Part shown: positions 63,044 through 64,000 of the stretch, in pieces | How the letters are laid out: the number at the start of each line of letters is the position of its first letter | Numbering within the stretch: position 1 is the first letter of the stretch | Assembly (NCBI RefSeq): GCF_964188315.1 | Contig: NC_135657.1 | Location: 37,262,001-37,326,000 of the forward strand | DNA: 64,000 bases | Reading direction: 5' to 3' | DNA from: Podarcis muralis | Lineage: Eukaryota | Made by a program: the position numbers and the translations under genes | Notes under the pieces: model-generated | The model's database searches: none | What the model was told of the DNA's origin: nothing | Seen by the model: the letters and a program-made list of their open reading frames with translations, nothing else

Positions 63044-63611
63044 TTCCCCCCCCCTTTTTTTGGCCGTCTAGCATTTTTATTTGCCTTCAAGATGCTAAGG
63101 ATGGTCTGAGATGACATCAGCCCTGTCCATCGGAATGGGGCGATGATGGCATTTCTTTTTTTAAAAAAATGTTTTTATTAACAATTTCAACATAACAAAT
63201 TATCAAAACATATCATATTCATTATTTCCCCCCTTTCCCCCCACCCCCTTCAAACCCCCTCCCCCCCAGAGACTTCCCTCAGCTCCTCTCTCTGATTTCT
63301 CAGCACATAATATTCTCTGCATGTTATAAAATTATACATATCCTTACATTATCTGTCTACCATGTTATCAACCAATAAATTTGTGTATGTTTATTCAAAA
63401 CCTGCCAAGGAGTCCAATTCATTTTGTTGTCTTTTTAGATAAATTGTAAAAAGCTCCCATTCTTCCTTAAAGTCACAGTTGTCCTTGTGCCTCAATTTGT
63501 ATGTCAATTTATCCAGCTCTGTGTAACTCATCAATTTTTCTTGCCACTGTTCTTTCGTTGGGATTTCCTCATTCTTCCATCCTTGTGCTATCAAGACTCT
63601 TGCCGCTGTTG
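63044..63611 (-). mobile_element. 5'-truncated L1 LINE with extra 3' sequence
   Basis: TAARVLIAQGWKNEEIPTKEQWQEKLMSYTELDKLT..LAGFE* (squamate L1 ORF2 C-terminus), G-rich UTR, AATAAA and A7; 18-bp TSD GGCTCCCATACATATTCC at 63026-43 and 63612-29. Confidence 0.88.
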
Positions 63612-64000
63612 GGCTCCCATACATATTCCAAGCATCCTTTCACCACAAGAACAGAGAAGATAATGAACCAGACAGAGACTTCAGGGCTGTCGACAGATAC
63701 CTGGTTAGCCACATGAGGCTGCCTGTCTTATCTTATGTGACTACTCAGGAAGAAGAGGAAGCCCATGTTGGATGATCTGGACCCAGCTGAGAACCAGGAA
63801 AAGGAGGATTCTCCAGCTCCTACATGTGGTCTCACCCTGAGGAAGGACAGTGTGCTGCAACACCTCCTTGGGCTCTCTAGCAAACTCTCATTTGTGGCCA
63901 TGCAGACGTCGGGTTCCTTGTACCCACAATCTCACCAGAACCAGGGAAACAACAGATAGCCACATTACAGTGTGTTCTACAACTTTCTTTGCCCCATTGG

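Noticed and set aside
1-64000. CRISPR array, operon or other prokaryote-type system
   Set aside because: The window is vertebrate intronic and intergenic DNA; the recurring repeats are MITE TIRs with TA TSDs, not regularly spaced direct repeats.

Overview
Vertebrate genomic DNA. The repeat content (Sauria SINEs, squamate L2/CR1/RTE/L1, CAGTGGTACCTC MITEs) points to a squamate reptile, most likely a lacertid lizard; the species is an inference. The only recognisable protein-coding gene is ZFAND3 on the minus strand. Coding exon 1 (41435-41505, MGDAGSERSKAPSLPPRCPCGFWG) lies in a CpG island, followed by a 41-kb intron 1 and the 41-nt exon 2 (307-347, SSKTMNLCSKCFA); the gene continues off the left edge. 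Bases ~42400-64000 are upstream intergenic DNA. Nearly all other ORFs in the supplied track are chance ORFs or transposon remnants. Best leads: (1) a ~970-bp hAT/Blackjack-like element 2.4 kb upstream of the promoter that appears to carry a decayed first coding exon of another, unidentified gene (45 consecutive G/C-ending codons); (2) a full-length 5S rRNA fused to a complete Sauria SINE, with an intact Pol III promoter and a single downstream T4 terminator; (3) an L1 with an apparent 3' transduction; (4) a MITE carrying an NRF1+ETS cassette in the same register as the ZFAND3 promoter; (5) a composite solo LTR. Repeat family names come from recalled consensus motifs, not database searches. Boundaries without a TSD are approximate.
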